Source: an uncultured cyanobacterium | GTDB taxonomy: Bacteria; Cyanobacteriota; Cyanobacteriia; PCC-9006; JAAUQQ01 | Assembly (NCBI GenBank): GCA_963718615.1 | Contig: OY970368.1 | Coordinates: forward strand, 2,208,001 to 2,272,000 | Length of the DNA: 64,000 nt | Direction of reading: 5' to 3' | Part shown: positions 52,914 through 64,000 of the stretch, one piece after another | Layout: the number at the start of each line of letters is the position of its first letter | How positions within the stretch are numbered: the stretch's first letter is position 1 | Translations under genes and position numbers: made by a program | The notes under the pieces: model-generated | Databases searched by the model: none | Seen by the model: the letters and a program-made list of their open reading frames with translations, nothing else | What the model was told of the DNA's origin: nothing

Positions 52914-55900
52914 ATGGCACTCAAAAAAAGCTTCGCATTCCCCACAATGGTGCTCTGGGCGACCTTGGCTGCCCTCCCGCTAGGTGTTGCGATTTCTGCG
53001 GTTGAAGGTGCAAAGCTTGAAACACTAGCACAGGAAGCAGCACCTGCAACAGCACCTACAACAACGCCTCAGTTTGCACTGCCTCAAACCGTGCCTCAAG
53101 ATGCGGCGATCGCCATCGAAGGATCCGAAAGTATGCGGATGGTAAGCCAATCTTTAAAGCAGGGGTATGAGCAACAGTTTCCAGGGGCAAAAGTTACTTT
53201 ATCCACTGAGGCGACCGAGACTGCTATTAATAATGTCCTTGGAGATCAGGCAAAACTGGCCTCGATTGGGCGCTCCCTCAGTGATGCTGAAACAGCGAAG
53301 GGTTTAACGCCAGTGGTGCTCGATCGCGAGAAGATTGCCATTGTGGTGAGTGAGGCCAATCCCTTTGCAGGGGACATTGGCTATGTCCAATTTGCCAAGA
53401 TTTTTCGCGGTGAAATTGCTGATTGGTCTGAGCTGGGTGGACCGGCAGGAAAGATTCGCTTGATTGACCGTCCGGTAAGTAGTGATACTCGCCAGTCCCT
53501 GAGTACCTATCCTGTGTTTCAATCCGCCCCTTTTCAGACCGGGGCCAACGCTGAAGCTTTGTCCGCAGACGATACAGCGGCGATGGTGAAGCAGTTGGGG
53601 AAGGATGGGGTGGGATATGCCATCTACAGCCAAGTGAAGGATTTGCCGGGAATCAAAGTGATTCCTATGCATAAGGTCCTGCCGGATAATGCGGCTTATC
53701 CCTATTCTCAGCCTCGGGTTTTGGTTTATAAGGGAGAGCAGCCCGATGAGACCGTGCGAGCTTTTCTGGGCTATGCAACCAACGCGCCGGGACAAGCCGC
53801 GATCGCCGCTGCCAATGCCGCCGAAGGGGCAGCGGTGGCTGCCGGTGAAAATCCCACGGATGAGGCCGTCGTCAGCCGTTTAATCGGGGAAGCGACACCT
53901 GCGGCAACGGCAACGGCAACGCCCACTGGAACTGCCGGTGCGACTGCTGGTGCAACTTCGAGTCCTAGCGCGACGCCAGAGGCAACCTCGGAAGCCGCAT
54001 CTCCCCTCTCTTCCAATGCCAATCCAGAGGCTGGTGCAACCCCGACAGGCACGCCAGCCATTGGTTCAACCATTTCTGCTCCTGAGGGTGATGTGCAAGC
54101 GCGCTTACCCGGCAATTCGGCAACTGGGGAAGTGGGGGGTGGGTTATCGCCCGCTTGGGGACTGTTGCCGCTTTTGGCGTTGGCGGCGGGGGGCGGTCTG
54201 CTCTGGTGGTTGGCTGCCGGGAAGCGCGATGACGATGATGATGACTTCGATCAAGCCGTGGCTGGTGCAGCTCCAGGGGTGCCGGATCCCGCTCGTGCTG
54301 ATGTTGTGCGAGCAACGGGTGACCTAGCGGATGCGGTGAATCTTAAGGCTGAGGAGGGGGCGATCGCAACTCCTGCAACTCCCACAATGCCGGCAGCCCG
54401 ACCGACCTCTGCAACGCCCTATCCCAGTCTGGATAATGTCGTTTCGCCCGAGACGGTCTTTGATACGTCAGCCACTGCGACGCTCGGGTCCACACCGGAG
54501 ATCGCAGCCGAAGGGGGGTCCCTCTCGTTTTCCGATGGAACGCGCCCGAGTCTCGATGTGAGTCCTGAAGTTGGAGCGGCTGGCGGTGCGACGCTGGGGA
54601 ATGTGGGATTAGGGGCGCTTGCGGCGGGAGGGGCGGCGATCGCCGGAGGTGCAGCCCTAGCCAGTGGTGGCCCAGCGGATGCAGCCACACCAGAATTTAC
54701 TCCTGAGGCTGAGGTGCCCCATTCGGAGACTGGAACAGAACTGCCTGGAGCGGAACTACCAGAGCTGGCCGAAGTCGCTGGAGTCAGTAATACGTCGTCG
54801 ATTGAGTCGATTCTTCAGGAAAACCGGCTGTTTTATCCCTCAGAAGGGTTTTCCCGTCAGGCCCAGGTCAAGAGTCTGGATGATTATCATCGGCTCTATG
54901 TGCAGGCCAAGGCCGATCCCGAGGCCTTTTGGGCTGATCTGGCACGGCAAGAGCTGCACTGGTTTCAGCCTTGGGACAAAACGCTGGAATGGAACCCCCC
55001 GGAAGCCAAGTGGTTTAGCGGCGGCAAACTTAATATTACGTACAACTGTTTAGACCGTCACCTCGAAACCGATCGCCGCAATAAGCCCGCTATTATTTGG
55101 GAAGGTGAACCGGGGGATTCTCGGGTGTTGACCTACGCCCAACTCCATCGCGAGGTTTGTTTGTTCGCCAACTCCCTCAAAAAGCTGGGGATTGGCAAAG
55201 GGGATGTCGTGGGAATTTACATGCCGATGATTCCCGAGGCGGCGATCGCCATGCTGGCCTGTGCGCGGATTGGTGCGCCCCACAGCGTTGTCTTTGGGGG
55301 GTTTAGTGCGGAGGCTTTGCGCGATCGCCTCAATGATGGCCAAGCAAAACTGGTGATCACAGCGGATGGGGGCTGGCGCAAGGATGCGGCGGTGCCGTTG
55401 AAGGATCAGGTGGACTTGGCGATCGCCGACGGACAGGCTCCGACCGTGGAGAACGTGTTGGTGGTTCAGCGCACCCGTCAGGATATCCATATGGAGTCGG
55501 GGCGGGACCATTGGTGGCATGACCTGCGACAGTCGGTGCCCCCGAGCTGTCCAGCGGAACCCATGGACAGCGAAGATGTGCTGTTTATCCTCTATACCAG
55601 TGGTAGTACCGGAAAACCGAAGGGGGTTGTTCATACAACGGGTGGCTACAACCTCTACACCCACATGACAACAAAGTGGATCTTTGACCTGCAAGAGGAC
55701 GATATCTACTGGTGTACGGCGGATGTGGGCTGGATTACGGGCCATAGCTATATTGTCTACGGACCGCTGTCCAACGGGGCTTCAACGCTGATGTATGAAG
55801 GCGCGCCGCGCAAGTCCAATCCTGGCTGCTTTTGGGATGTGATCGAAAAGTATAAGGTTTCGATTTTCTACACCGCACCCACGGCGATTCGAGCCTTTAT

Positions 55901-56747
55901 CAAGATGGGTGAAGATTTGCCGAAGGCTCGGGATTTGTCGTCTCTGCGGCTCTTGGGTACGGTCGGGGAACCCATTAACCCGGAAGCCTGGATGTGGTAT
56001 CACCGGGTGATTGGCGGGGAGCGCTGTCCGATCGTGGATACCTGGTGGCAGACGGAAACTGGCGGAATCATGATTTCGGCGTTGCCGGGAGCGATTCCGA
56101 CCAAGCCGGGATCTGCAACCAAGCCGTTCCCCGGCATCATGGCGGACGTGGTTGATATGGACGGCAATCCTGTACCGAAGGGGGAAGGGGGCTATTTAAT
56201 CATCCGGCATCCCTGGCCGAGCATGATGCGAACCGTCTATGGTGATCCTGAGCGCTTCCGCAGAACCTATTGGGAGCAGATTCCGGGGCAGTCCGTTTAC
56301 TTTGCGGGGGATGGCGCGCGGATTGATGAGGATGGCTATTTCTGGATCATGGGTCGTGTGGATGATGTGATCAGCGTCTCGGGGCATCGATTGGGCACGA
56401 TGGAAATTGAGTCGGCGCTGGTGTCTCACCCAGCGGTGGCTGAGGCCGCCGTCGTTGGTCGTCCCGATGAGATTAAGGGCGAAGAAATCGTGGCGTTTGT
56501 CACCCTAGAAGGGGATCAGAAAGAGTCAGAAACCCTGCTGCAAGGGCTCAAGGACCATGTGGTTCAGGAGATTGGAGCCTTAGCGCGTCCGGCGGAAATT
56601 CGGTTCACGGATGCCTTGCCGAAGACGCGATCGGGCAAGATTATGCGACGCCTGTTGCGCAAGATCGCATCAGGGGACGAGATCTCAGGGGATACGTCAA
56701 CCCTAGAAGATCGTTCGGTGCTGGATAAGCTGCGTAGTGGTGAATAA
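52914..56747 (+). CDS. acs: Fusion of PstS-like binding domain, TM helix, linker and acetyl-CoA synthetase
   Basis: Single ORF; Acs motifs [43 protein letters not shown]. Confidence 0.88.
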   Translation: MALKKSFAFPTMVLWATLAALPLGVAISAVEGAKLETLAQEAAPATAPTTTPQFALPQTVPQDAAIAIEGSESMRMVSQSLKQGYEQQFPGAKVTLSTEATETAINNVLGDQAKLASIGRSLSDAETAKGLTPVVLDREKIAIVVSEANPFAGDIGYVQFAKIFRGEIADWSELGGPAGKIRLIDRPVSSDTRQSLSTYPVFQSAPFQTGANAEALSADDTAAMVKQLGKDGVGYAIYSQVKDLPGIKVIPMHKVLPDNAAYPYSQPRVLVYKGEQPDETVRAFLGYATNAPGQAAIAAANAAEGAAVAAGENPTDEAVVSRLIGEATPAATATATPTGTAGATAGATSSPSATPEATSEAASPLSSNANPEAGATPTGTPAIGSTISAPEGDVQARLPGNSATGEVGGGLSPAWGLLPLLALAAGGGLLWWLAAGKRDDDDDDFDQAVAGAAPGVPDPARADVVRATGDLADAVNLKAEEGAIATPATPTMPAARPTSATPYPSLDNVVSPETVFDTSATATLGSTPEIAAEGGSLSFSDGTRPSLDVSPEVGAAGGATLGNVGLGALAAGGAAIAGGAALASGGPADAATPEFTPEAEVPHSETGTELPGAELPELAEVAGVSNTSSIESILQENRLFYPSEGFSRQAQVKSLDDYHRLYVQAKADPEAFWADLARQELHWFQPWDKTLEWNPPEAKWFSGGKLNITYNCLDRHLETDRRNKPAIIWEGEPGDSRVLTYAQLHREVCLFANSLKKLGIGKGDVVGIYMPMIPEAAIAMLACARIGAPHSVVFGGFSAEALRDRLNDGQAKLVITADGGWRKDAAVPLKDQVDLAIADGQAPTVENVLVVQRTRQDIHMESGRDHWWHDLRQSVPPSCPAEPMDSEDVLFILYTSGSTGKPKGVVHTTGGYNLYTHMTTKWIFDLQEDDIYWCTADVGWITGHSYIVYGPLSNGASTLMYEGAPRKSNPGCFWDVIEKYKVSIFYTAPTAIRAFIKMGEDLPKARDLSSLRLLGTVGEPINPEAWMWYHRVIGGERCPIVDTWWQTETGGIMISALPGAIPTKPGSATKPFPGIMADVVDMDGNPVPKGEGGYLIIRHPWPSMMRTVYGDPERFRRTYWEQIPGQSVYFAGDGARIDEDGYFWIMGRVDDVISVSGHRLGTMEIESALVSHPAVAEAAVVGRPDEIKGEEIVAFVTLEGDQKESETLLQGLKDHVVQEIGALARPAEIRFTDALPKTRSGKIMRRLLRKIASGDEISGDTSTLEDRSVLDKLRSGE

Positions 56748-56794
56748 AGCCTGGTGAATAAAGCCTGGTGAATAAAGCCTGGTGAATAAATCCT
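56739..56794 (+). repeat. 14-bp tandem repeat x4 spanning the acs stop codon
   Basis: GGTGAATAAAGCCT x3 plus GGTGAATAAATCCT. Confidence 0.9.
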
Positions 56795-56935
56795 GAGGTT
56801 AGCTTGCGTTTTGGCGCGATGCTTGAAAGGGGCGATTGCGGAGAAGAGCTGCTTGAGACTGTTACCTGCGATCGCCCCTTTATCTCGTTGTTTCAATCTT
56901 TATATGACCTTAGGATTATGACCTTAGGATCGCAC

Positions 56936-57346
56936 ATGACACCAGACTCTCAGTCCAGAGCTGTACAGCTTATCCGCTTTGAAGAGACCTCCGTTGCGGT
57001 GCTGGAACATCGGGGTAATCCCAATCTTATCGGTGACTCTGTTCGCAGGTTTATTGAATGGCGCAAACAGAATCATTTGTCACCCAAAATCAGCGCGACG
57101 TTCAATATTCTCTACGGCCATCCATCTGAAACGCCTCCAGAGAACTATCGTCTAGATATCTGTGCCTCGACGGAACAGGAGGTCGCTGAAAACTCCTACG
57201 GGGTGAGCCAAAAAGTCATTCCCGGTGGCCGAATTTTTCTGCCCCTTCAGGAGGTAGATTACTCGACCAGGCTGTTGCAACAGCAGTTTTCATCCTGCAA
57301 TGCGGTTGATGCCAGGAGGGGAGTAGGCAGTGGACAACTTGGATAA
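56936..57346 (+). pseudogene. GyrI-like effector-binding protein with apparent internal deletion
   Basis: VAVLEHRG...FIEWRK...YRLDIC...IPGGR joined directly to the terminal IFLPL motif. Confidence 0.55.
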
Positions 57347-57954
57347 TAATGCCAACACTCCGTTGAAATCTCTAACTCTTTGATCAACCCCGAATGTAAA
57401 TTGAGCACCCAACCATGGACTTCCGGTGCACGGTTGTCGCGCAAGGCATTCCGCATCGTCGATGTTTGAAAAAGATTTCGAATCTGAATTTTGACATTTA
57501 ATTCAGCTAAGAAGTTTAGCTTGGCCTCTCGGCTCGGAAGCTGATCAATTTCCTCGCGACTTTGTAGATACAATTTACGAATCGGGTTAACCCAACTGTC
57601 CACCAATCCCCCTGACGTTCCTTCGATCGCAGCCTGAATTCCGCCACATCCATAATGGCCACATACAATCACATGCTGAACATGCAAATGCTCGATCGCA
57701 TACTCCAGTACCGATAAAAAATTAATATCTGTGAGACAGACCTGATTCGCAATGTTTCGATGGACAAACACCTCTCCTGGCTCCGTTTGCATAAACCGAG
57801 TGAGCGGCAAACGGCTATCGGAACAACCAATATAGAGATAAGGTGGTTTTTGCCCAGCGGCTAACGTTTCAAAGTAGTTGGGAATCGTCTGTTGCTGCTG
57901 AGCCGCCCATAGCTGGTTGTTGTGTAGGAGCTCCTCAATCCGTCGATACGTCAT
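57259..57954 (-). CDS. Beta-class carbonic anhydrase
   Basis: GCSDSR, HRNIAN, GHYGCGG. Confidence 0.95.
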   Translation of the reverse strand: MTYRRIEELLHNNQLWAAQQQQTIPNYFETLAAGQKPPYLYIGCSDSRLPLTRFMQTEPGEVFVHRNIANQVCLTDINFLSVLEYAIEHLHVQHVIVCGHYGCGGIQAAIEGTSGGLVDSWVNPIRKLYLQSREEIDQLPSREAKLNFLAELNVKIQIRNLFQTSTMRNALRDNRAPEVHGWVLNLHSGLIKELEISTECWHYYPSCPLPTPLLASTALQDENCCCNSLVE

Positions 57955-58203
57955 TGCCTTAGTCTTTCTATAAGAAAATTTATGCTATCTATTGATCAAT
58001 CTCTATAGCTTCGCACAAATGAATCTCTGTGCCAGATCCATGTAATGCTTTGTAATTCATTCTAGAGTTTTCGCTCTCGCTGTCCTAGGTTTTGCCGCAG
58101 CCTGTCTTTGGGGTGTATTGCGATCGCCAAAGCCTGTCAGCCTTGTAACGTCGATCGTCCCGTAAACTATGGAGATGATTTCCTCTCTCTTCCCCTCTAT
58201 CCT

Positions 58204-58845
58204 ATGACTGCTGCACCCCCTGGGCCACCCGATCGTCCTGTTCCCCCCTGGATTTGTGGGTTGTTTCGGGGTTTGGCTTGGGTCGATCGCCTGACGGATT
58301 GGGTGGGTAAAAGTCTCAATGTTTTGGTTTTGCTAACCATTGCAGTGGGCTTTTACAATGTTGCCGCCCGTTACATCGGTCGTTTTATCGGTTTACAGCT
58401 CGCTTCCAATGTTTGGCTAGAGTTGCAGTGGTATCTCTTTTCCATGACCTTTTTTCTCGGATTTTCCTATATCCTCAAGCACAATGCCAACGTTCGTGTT
58501 GACTTTCTTTATAGCAACTGGCGCGATCGCCGCAAAGCTTGGATTGACCTTCTGGGAACCGTTTTCTTTCTCATTCCTTTCTGCATTATGGGCCTTTGGG
58601 TGACCTTGAATCCCGTATTGCAATCTTGGGGACTGCAGCCTGATGGAAGTTGGGGAACCTGGGAGATTTCCGCCGATGCTAATGGCCTGCCCCGTGCGCC
58701 AATTAAATCCTTTGTTTTGATTTCCTTTGGACTCTTGCTCCTGCAAGCGATCGCCCAAGCCACAAAATTTTTTGCGATCGCCAAAGGTTACCGTCCTATT
58801 CCTCCTGAACTACTACCCGAAACTGAACATCCTCCCCTCGAATAA
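58204..58845 (+). CDS. TRAP transporter small permease (DctQ-type)
   Basis: [22 protein letters not shown]. Confidence 0.9.
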   Translation: MTAAPPGPPDRPVPPWICGLFRGLAWVDRLTDWVGKSLNVLVLLTIAVGFYNVAARYIGRFIGLQLASNVWLELQWYLFSMTFFLGFSYILKHNANVRVDFLYSNWRDRRKAWIDLLGTVFFLIPFCIMGLWVTLNPVLQSWGLQPDGSWGTWEISADANGLPRAPIKSFVLISFGLLLLQAIAQATKFFAIAKGYRPIPPELLPETEHPPLE

Positions 58846-58865
58846 CCCTTAATCTATCCCTCTAT

Positions 58866-58919
58866 TTCCTACTTCCTACTTCCTACTTCCTACTTCCTAC
58901 TTCCTACTTCCTACTTCCT
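58866..58919. repeat. Heptamer tandem repeat (STRR-like)
   Basis: TTCCTAC x7 plus TTCCT. Confidence 0.92.
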
Positions 58920-58952
58920 CCTTCCCCATCTACTCACCCCTAGGAGTCCTTC

Positions 58953-60290
58953 ATGGGATTTGAATGGTTAGCGATCGCCATGTTCGTCGGATTTTTCGTC
59001 ATTTTGATGACCGGTTATCCAGTGGCATTTTCCTTCGCTGGGTCTGCGATTATCTTTGGTGCCCTTGGCTTGGCGGTTGGAGCCTTTGATCTGAATCGAT
59101 TACTCGCCTTACCAAATGTTTGGTTTGGTACGATGTCCAATTCCACCCTATTGGCCATTCCCTTCTTTGTTTTTTTGGGTGCGGTTTTTGAAAAATCAGG
59201 TCTTGCGGAAGAACTCCTAGAAACCATCGGGATTGTGATGGGGCGACTGCGGGGAGGCTTGGCCTTGGCGGTGGTGGTAGTGGGAACGCTGCTGGCGGCA
59301 ACAACGGGAGTCGTTGCGGCAACGATTATCATGATGGGTATGATCTCGCTGCCGGTGATGTTGCGCTATGGCTATAGCAAGCCCCTAGCCTCAGGGGTCA
59401 TCATTGCTTCGGGAACGTTGGCGCAACTCATTCCGCCGAGTTTGGTTTTGGTTTTGTTAAGCGATCAGATTGGGGTGTCGGTGGGGGATTTGTTTCTGGG
59501 GGCGTTGATTCCCGGTTTGATTTTGGCTGGGGTCTATGGGGTGTATGTGTTGGCGATCGCCTTCTTCCAGCCCGAAACTGCACCGCCACTCCCCGCAGAA
59601 GCCCGCAATCTTTCACCCAAAACGCTGCTTTTACAGGTCGTAAAAGCCGTTCTCCCTCCCCTCTTTTTAATTTTGGCGGTCCTGGGCAGCATCTTTTTTG
59701 GCATTGCTACGCCGACGGAAGCGGGAGCCGTGGGCGCTGTAGGAGCCTGTGTCTTAGCTGCGTTTAATCGGCGACTTAATCGAGATCTGTTGCGGGATGC
59801 GGCCCATGATACGGCGGTTCTGACGACGTTGGTGGTGATGATTCTCTTTTGTTCCTCGTTGTTTAGCTTGGTGTTTGATGCTCTGGGTGGAAAAACCTTT
59901 CTGACGGAGTTTTTGGCAAATTTACCTGGGGGAAAATGGGGCTTTTTAGTGGTTAGTAATATAGTCGTATTTTTCCTCGGAATGTTTCTGGAATTTATTG
60001 AGATTTGCTTTATTGCGCTGCCACTTTTTGTACCGGCGGCCCAGCAGCTTGGGATTGATATGGTCTGGTTCGCAGTGGTGATGGCGATTAATTTACAAAT
60101 TGCCTTTATCTCACCTCCGGTTGGGTTTTCGCTGTTTTATTTACAGAGCGTTGCGCCGCCGGACTTAAAGACCAGCGATATTCACCGCAGTGCTTTTCCC
60201 TTTATGGCGCTTCAGCTCATCGTCTTGATTTTGGTCTTGTTATTTCCCCAGACAGTGCGGTGGCTGGTGGATTTGTCGGTGGCAACTTAG
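58953..60290 (+). CDS. TRAP transporter large permease (DctM-type)
   Basis: [29 protein letters not shown]. Confidence 0.94.
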   Translation: MGFEWLAIAMFVGFFVILMTGYPVAFSFAGSAIIFGALGLAVGAFDLNRLLALPNVWFGTMSNSTLLAIPFFVFLGAVFEKSGLAEELLETIGIVMGRLRGGLALAVVVVGTLLAATTGVVAATIIMMGMISLPVMLRYGYSKPLASGVIIASGTLAQLIPPSLVLVLLSDQIGVSVGDLFLGALIPGLILAGVYGVYVLAIAFFQPETAPPLPAEARNLSPKTLLLQVVKAVLPPLFLILAVLGSIFFGIATPTEAGAVGAVGACVLAAFNRRLNRDLLRDAAHDTAVLTTLVVMILFCSSLFSLVFDALGGKTFLTEFLANLPGGKWGFLVVSNIVVFFLGMFLEFIEICFIALPLFVPAAQQLGIDMVWFAVVMAINLQIAFISPPVGFSLFYLQSVAPPDLKTSDIHRSAFPFMALQLIVLILVLLFPQTVRWLVDLSVAT

Positions 60291-60296
60291 GTCTAT

Positions 60297-61430
60297 CTAC
60301 TGCAATTGACCATAGACATAGTTGGTGTAACTGGCTTCGTTGAGTTTATTCCAGGCGAAAATGCGATTGCGAAACACCTTCCAATCCTCATAAATTGCCT
60401 TGAAATCCGCATCCTTCGCCGCGAACTCATCGTATAGCTCGAACGAAGCCTTCTCCGCCGCTGCCATAATCTCAGGACTATAGGCCCGTAACTCAGCACC
60501 CGCATCCTTGAGTCGCTGCAAAGCCTCGTTATTACGGGCATCGTATCGGGCCAACATCGTCAGGTTAGATTCATAGGACGCCGCCCGAATAATCTCTTGA
60601 TATTGAGCGGGTAACTTATTCCATTCATTCAAGTTGATCTGCAACTCCAGCGTCGGACCTGGCTCCCACCATCCGGGATAGTAATAATATTGGGCAACCT
60701 TATTGAGGCCCAGCTTTTCATCATCATAGGGACCAACCCATTCTGCCGCATCGATCGCCCCTGTTTGCAACGCCTGGAAAATCTCTCCCCCCGGCAACAC
60801 CTGTACCGTCACCCCCAGCTTGGCCATGACCTGTCCGCCCAGACCCGGAATTCGCATTTTGAGCCCTTGCAGATCGGCAACGGTATTGATCTCTTTACGA
60901 AACCAACCCCCCATTTGTACACCGGTATTGCCGCAGGGAAATTGAATCACATTAAATTTCTTGGCATAGAGGTCTTGTAGGACTTTCAGGCCACCGCCAT
61001 CGTAGAGCCAAGCATTTTGCTGCTGAGCGTTGAGTCCGAAGGGAACAGTCGTGCCAAAGGCGACGGCTGGACTCTTGCCAATGTAGTAATAAGCCGCAGA
61101 ATGGCCGCAGGGGACAGCTCCTTGGGAAACGACATTCAAAACTTCTGTTCCCGGTGCAATTTCACCGGCAGCACGGGGCTCAATTTTGAACTTGCCGCCA
61201 GTCATAGCCGCCACCCGCTCCGCAAAAACGGTTGCGCCACCATAAATCGTGTCGAGGGAGAGGGGCCAACTGGTGGCCATTTGCCAACGTAGTTCGGGCA
61301 GATTGTTTTGGGCGATCGCCCCGCTGCCAGACTCTTTCTGAACAGCACGGGTGCAGCCTGCTATCGCTTCTACCGCCGTCGCACCAATTGCGCCTTGGCC
61401 CAGATTCTTCAGAAGTTTTCGACGGTCCAT
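60297..61430 (-). CDS. TRAP substrate-binding protein (TakP/DctP-type), Tat-type signal
   Basis: MDRRKLL twin-Arg, [29 protein letters not shown]. Confidence 0.93.
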   Translation of the reverse strand: MDRRKLLKNLGQGAIGATAVEAIAGCTRAVQKESGSGAIAQNNLPELRWQMATSWPLSLDTIYGGATVFAERVAAMTGGKFKIEPRAAGEIAPGTEVLNVVSQGAVPCGHSAAYYYIGKSPAVAFGTTVPFGLNAQQQNAWLYDGGGLKVLQDLYAKKFNVIQFPCGNTGVQMGGWFRKEINTVADLQGLKMRIPGLGGQVMAKLGVTVQVLPGGEIFQALQTGAIDAAEWVGPYDDEKLGLNKVAQYYYYPGWWEPGPTLELQINLNEWNKLPAQYQEIIRAASYESNLTMLARYDARNNEALQRLKDAGAELRAYSPEIMAAAEKASFELYDEFAAKDADFKAIYEDWKVFRNRIFAWNKLNEASYTNYVYGQLQ

Positions 61431-61525
61431 AAACAGTAGGCAATGAGGTATAGGTTTGCCTATTGTCCTTAGGAGTTGTGATCTTGTTAAGCCTGCTTAA
61501 TGTTTTGGAACATGCCAGGGGCACT

Positions 61526-61903
61526 TTACTTCAGTTCCTGTACAACTGGCATTTCTGGGGTGGAGCGATAGATGACTTGAACAGGAGGATCCTGATAAAA
61601 AATCAAAGAGGCTAGGGCAAAGCCAATGCCCATAGAGAATAGAACAGTGGCGGTTTGGTTGGAATTGCGATTCATGGGACTAGCTGAGGGCTGGATAGCT
61701 TGTTCTATCGGGACTTGACGTCCCGTAATTCGGTTGTAGGCGATGGGCAAAGCTTCTGCTTCGTCGGTCCATGGTTCTGGGTCTGGGCGAACTCGGTTTT
61801 TTTCTACGGACTGGACTGGCGTCGTTACGGATTGTGAACGAACCTGGCCGAGATAGTGTAAAGCACTGTTGAGGGAACTCATGGGAAAATCGGAGATTAG
61901 CAA
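61526..61903 (-). CDS. Hypothetical protein with C-terminal TM
   Basis: 125-aa ORF (ATG probably at 61882). Confidence 0.5.
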   Translation of the reverse strand: MLISDFPMSSLNSALHYLGQVRSQSVTTPVQSVEKNRVRPDPEPWTDEAEALPIAYNRITGRQVPIEQAIQPSASPMNRNSNQTATVLFSMGIGFALASLIFYQDPPVQVIYRSTPEMPVVQELK

Positions 61904-62255
61904 CTGGTTGGACTATCCCAATGCTAGAAATGCCGGGAAATGGGTGTAGGCGCAATTTATCGTGGTTTGACGGCCCTAGACGTCCTTCTTGGAGCAGAAC
62001 TCATCCTTAGACCGTGGTGCGGGCTCTCTATCGGCTGGTATAGACCGGTGGCCCGGATGATAGATTCGGTCGACTGGTTACCAAAATCGCAACCTCCCCA
62101 GTCGCCCCTTGGAATCATGTCATCGTAAAGGCAATGATCCCTTGCCATTGATCCCTTGCCATTGACCGGAATTTATTGACCGGAATTTTAGGTTTCGCCG
62201 TCGAAGAAAAAAGGAACCCCTGCGTTCTCCCAGCGTCTTTCCCTGTAAAACCTCT

Positions 62256-64000
62256 ATGAAATCCTTTACCCTAAAACCCTTTACCCTTGTGACCGCCATC
62301 CTGCTGTTGGGGAGTGCCTTCGGCCTGACCGCGCTAGCCCAGACCCAAGGACAGCCGATGTCGCGCCCGGTTCAGCGCCCGATTTCCTCTCCTCCGCCGG
62401 TGATCAATCTTTCAACCCTCTATACCGCCATGGAACCTAATCCCAATTTGCCAGTTTCTGCATCGCCGACGGGAGGACTCTTCGTCCAGGGAAAAGAGGG
62501 AGAGGGCCAGGTTTTTCCGCTGAAGCAGACGGAGGTTAAGGCGGATGTGGTGGGGAATGTCTCGCGGGTGGCGGTGACCCAGACCTTTGAGAATCCCTTT
62601 GATCAGCCCCTAGAAGCGGTCTATGTGTTTCCGTTGCCCGATGAGGCGGCGGTGGATGAGATGGAGATTCGCCTTGGCGATCGCATCATCAAGGGCGATA
62701 TCAAACGGCGGGAAGAAGCCCAGGAAATTTACGATCGCGCCGTCTCCGAAGGCCGCACCGCTGGGTTATTGGAACAGGAGCGGGACAATATCTTCACCCA
62801 ATCCCTAGCCAATATCCGTCCCGGTGAACAAATCCAGGTGACGATTCGCTACAGCGAGTCGCTCAAGTTTGAGGGAGGCAACTACGAGTTTGTTTTTCCC
62901 ATGGTCGTGGGGCCGCGCTATATTCCAGGCCAACCGATGAATCGTAGTGGTGAGACAAGCCGTGAGATGAATGCTGGAATCAATGGCGACACGGATCAGG
63001 TGCCCGATGCCTCGCGGATTACGCCGCCGGTTTTGAAGCCGGGGATGCGATCGGGTCATGATATTGGGGTGACGGTGAATATCAATGCGGGGGTGCCCAT
63101 TGAGGGCATCGAATCGACGTCCCATAAAATTAAAATCGATCGCGCCTTGGATAATCCGGATCAAGTGCGGGTGCAACTGACTGAAGGAGATACAATTCCC
63201 AATAAAGATTTGGTCCTGCGGTACAAGGTCACCGGCAGGGAGACCCAGGCCACGGTGTTGAGTCAGGCGGGCGATCGCGGCGGCCATTTTGCCGTCTATC
63301 TAGTCCCGGCGGTCGACTATCGTCCCAAGGAAATTGTGCCCAAGGATGTGGTGTTTTTGATGGACACCTCCGGTTCTCAAATGGGTGCACCGCTGGCCCA
63401 ATCGAAGGTTTTGATGCGGCGGTTTCTCACGGGCTTGAACCCAGACGATACATTTACGATTATTGATTTTGCCAATACGGCGACGAAGCTGTCCGAGCGG
63501 CCCTTGGCCAATACTGCCGCAAATCGGGCTAAGGCCTTAAAGTACGTGGAAGCTCTGGAAGCCAATGGGGGAACGGAGTTGATGAATGGCATGAATGCGG
63601 TCATGCAGTTTCCGGCAGCTCCGGCAGGGCGGCTGCGGAGTGTAGTATTGCTCACCGATGGCTATATCGGCAACGATCGCGAGGTGATCGCAGCGGTACA
63701 AAAGCAACTCAAGCCGGGAAATCGACTCTACAGTTTTGGGGTCGGCAGTTCGACGAATCGCTTTTTGCTCAATCGTCTGGCGGAAGTGGGACGGGGGACG
63801 GCGCAGATGGTGCGTCAGGATGAAAATCCAGATCCCGTTGTTGAACGGTTCTTTAACCAGATCAACCGTCCGGTGTTGACCAACGTGCAAGTGACCTGGG
63901 AAGGCAGCGGTCCGGCACCGAGCATTTATCCCCTGGCTGCACCAGACTTGTTTGCTCAGCAACCGCTGGTGCTATTTGGCCGAAAAACCGATGCCCAGCC
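62256..64000 (+). CDS. Secreted VIT + vWA domain protein (3' partial; absent from ORF track)
   Basis: ATG at 62256, signal peptide MKSFTLKPFTLVTAILLLG, VIT (TQTFENPFDQPLEAVYVFPLPDEAAV), vWA MIDAS DTSGS, LLTDG. Confidence 0.9.
   Translation, partial: MKSFTLKPFTLVTAILLLGSAFGLTALAQTQGQPMSRPVQRPISSPPPVINLSTLYTAMEPNPNLPVSASPTGGLFVQGKEGEGQVFPLKQTEVKADVVGNVSRVAVTQTFENPFDQPLEAVYVFPLPDEAAVDEMEIRLGDRIIKGDIKRREEAQEIYDRAVSEGRTAGLLEQERDNIFTQSLANIRPGEQIQVTIRYSESLKFEGGNYEFVFPMVVGPRYIPGQPMNRSGETSREMNAGINGDTDQVPDASRITPPVLKPGMRSGHDIGVTVNINAGVPIEGIESTSHKIKIDRALDNPDQVRVQLTEGDTIPNKDLVLRYKVTGRETQATVLSQAGDRGGHFAVYLVPAVDYRPKEIVPKDVVFLMDTSGSQMGAPLAQSKVLMRRFLTGLNPDDTFTIIDFANTATKLSERPLANTAANRAKALKYVEALEANGGTELMNGMNAVMQFPAAPAGRLRSVVLLTDGYIGNDREVIAAVQKQLKPGNRLYSFGVGSSTNRFLLNRLAEVGRGTAQMVRQDENPDPVVERFFNQINRPVLTNVQVTWEGSGPAPSIYPLAAPDLFAQQPLVLFGRKTDAQ

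Noticed and set aside
56739-56794. Repeat after acs as a CRISPR array
   Set aside because: Head-to-tail 14-mers with no spacers.
62623-63962. Short ORFs listed in the track at the window end
   Set aside because: They overlap the real plus-strand VIT-vWA gene starting at 62256 that runs off the window.

Overview
Cyanobacterial chromosomal window (frequent HIP1 GCGATCGC; Ycf37, Uma2, DUF3386, DUF1822 genes). Most of it is housekeeping or common accessory genes (pgm, rpmI-rplT, mrdA, lspA, bioY, pyrG, ClpC-type ATPase, beta-carbonic anhydrase, TRAP transporter). The main discovery is an AT-rich island at about 36.3-42.65 kb that reads as an integron-like cassette array. It has an attI-like core with four phased palindromic boxes and an apparent integrase stub, a four-gene cassette (small protein, NACHT NTPase, HicB, HicA), an attC site, and a methyltransferase cassette. 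The attC is interrupted by an IS110 element (37200-39002). Its 5' non-coding end appears to encode a bridge-type RNA with two target-binding loops with different attC-like guides, plus one donor-binding loop that matches the element's own circle junction. That junction would also create a TTGACC-17-TATTAT promoter. Other highlights: a periplasmic-binding-domain/TM/acetyl-CoA synthetase fusion, a NACHT gene separated from its upstream partner only by an in-frame TGA, a double-glycine precursor with its C39-ABC/HlyD exporter, and candidate sRNAs upstream of rpmI. Family assignments come from motif recognition only; no searches or folding programs were run.
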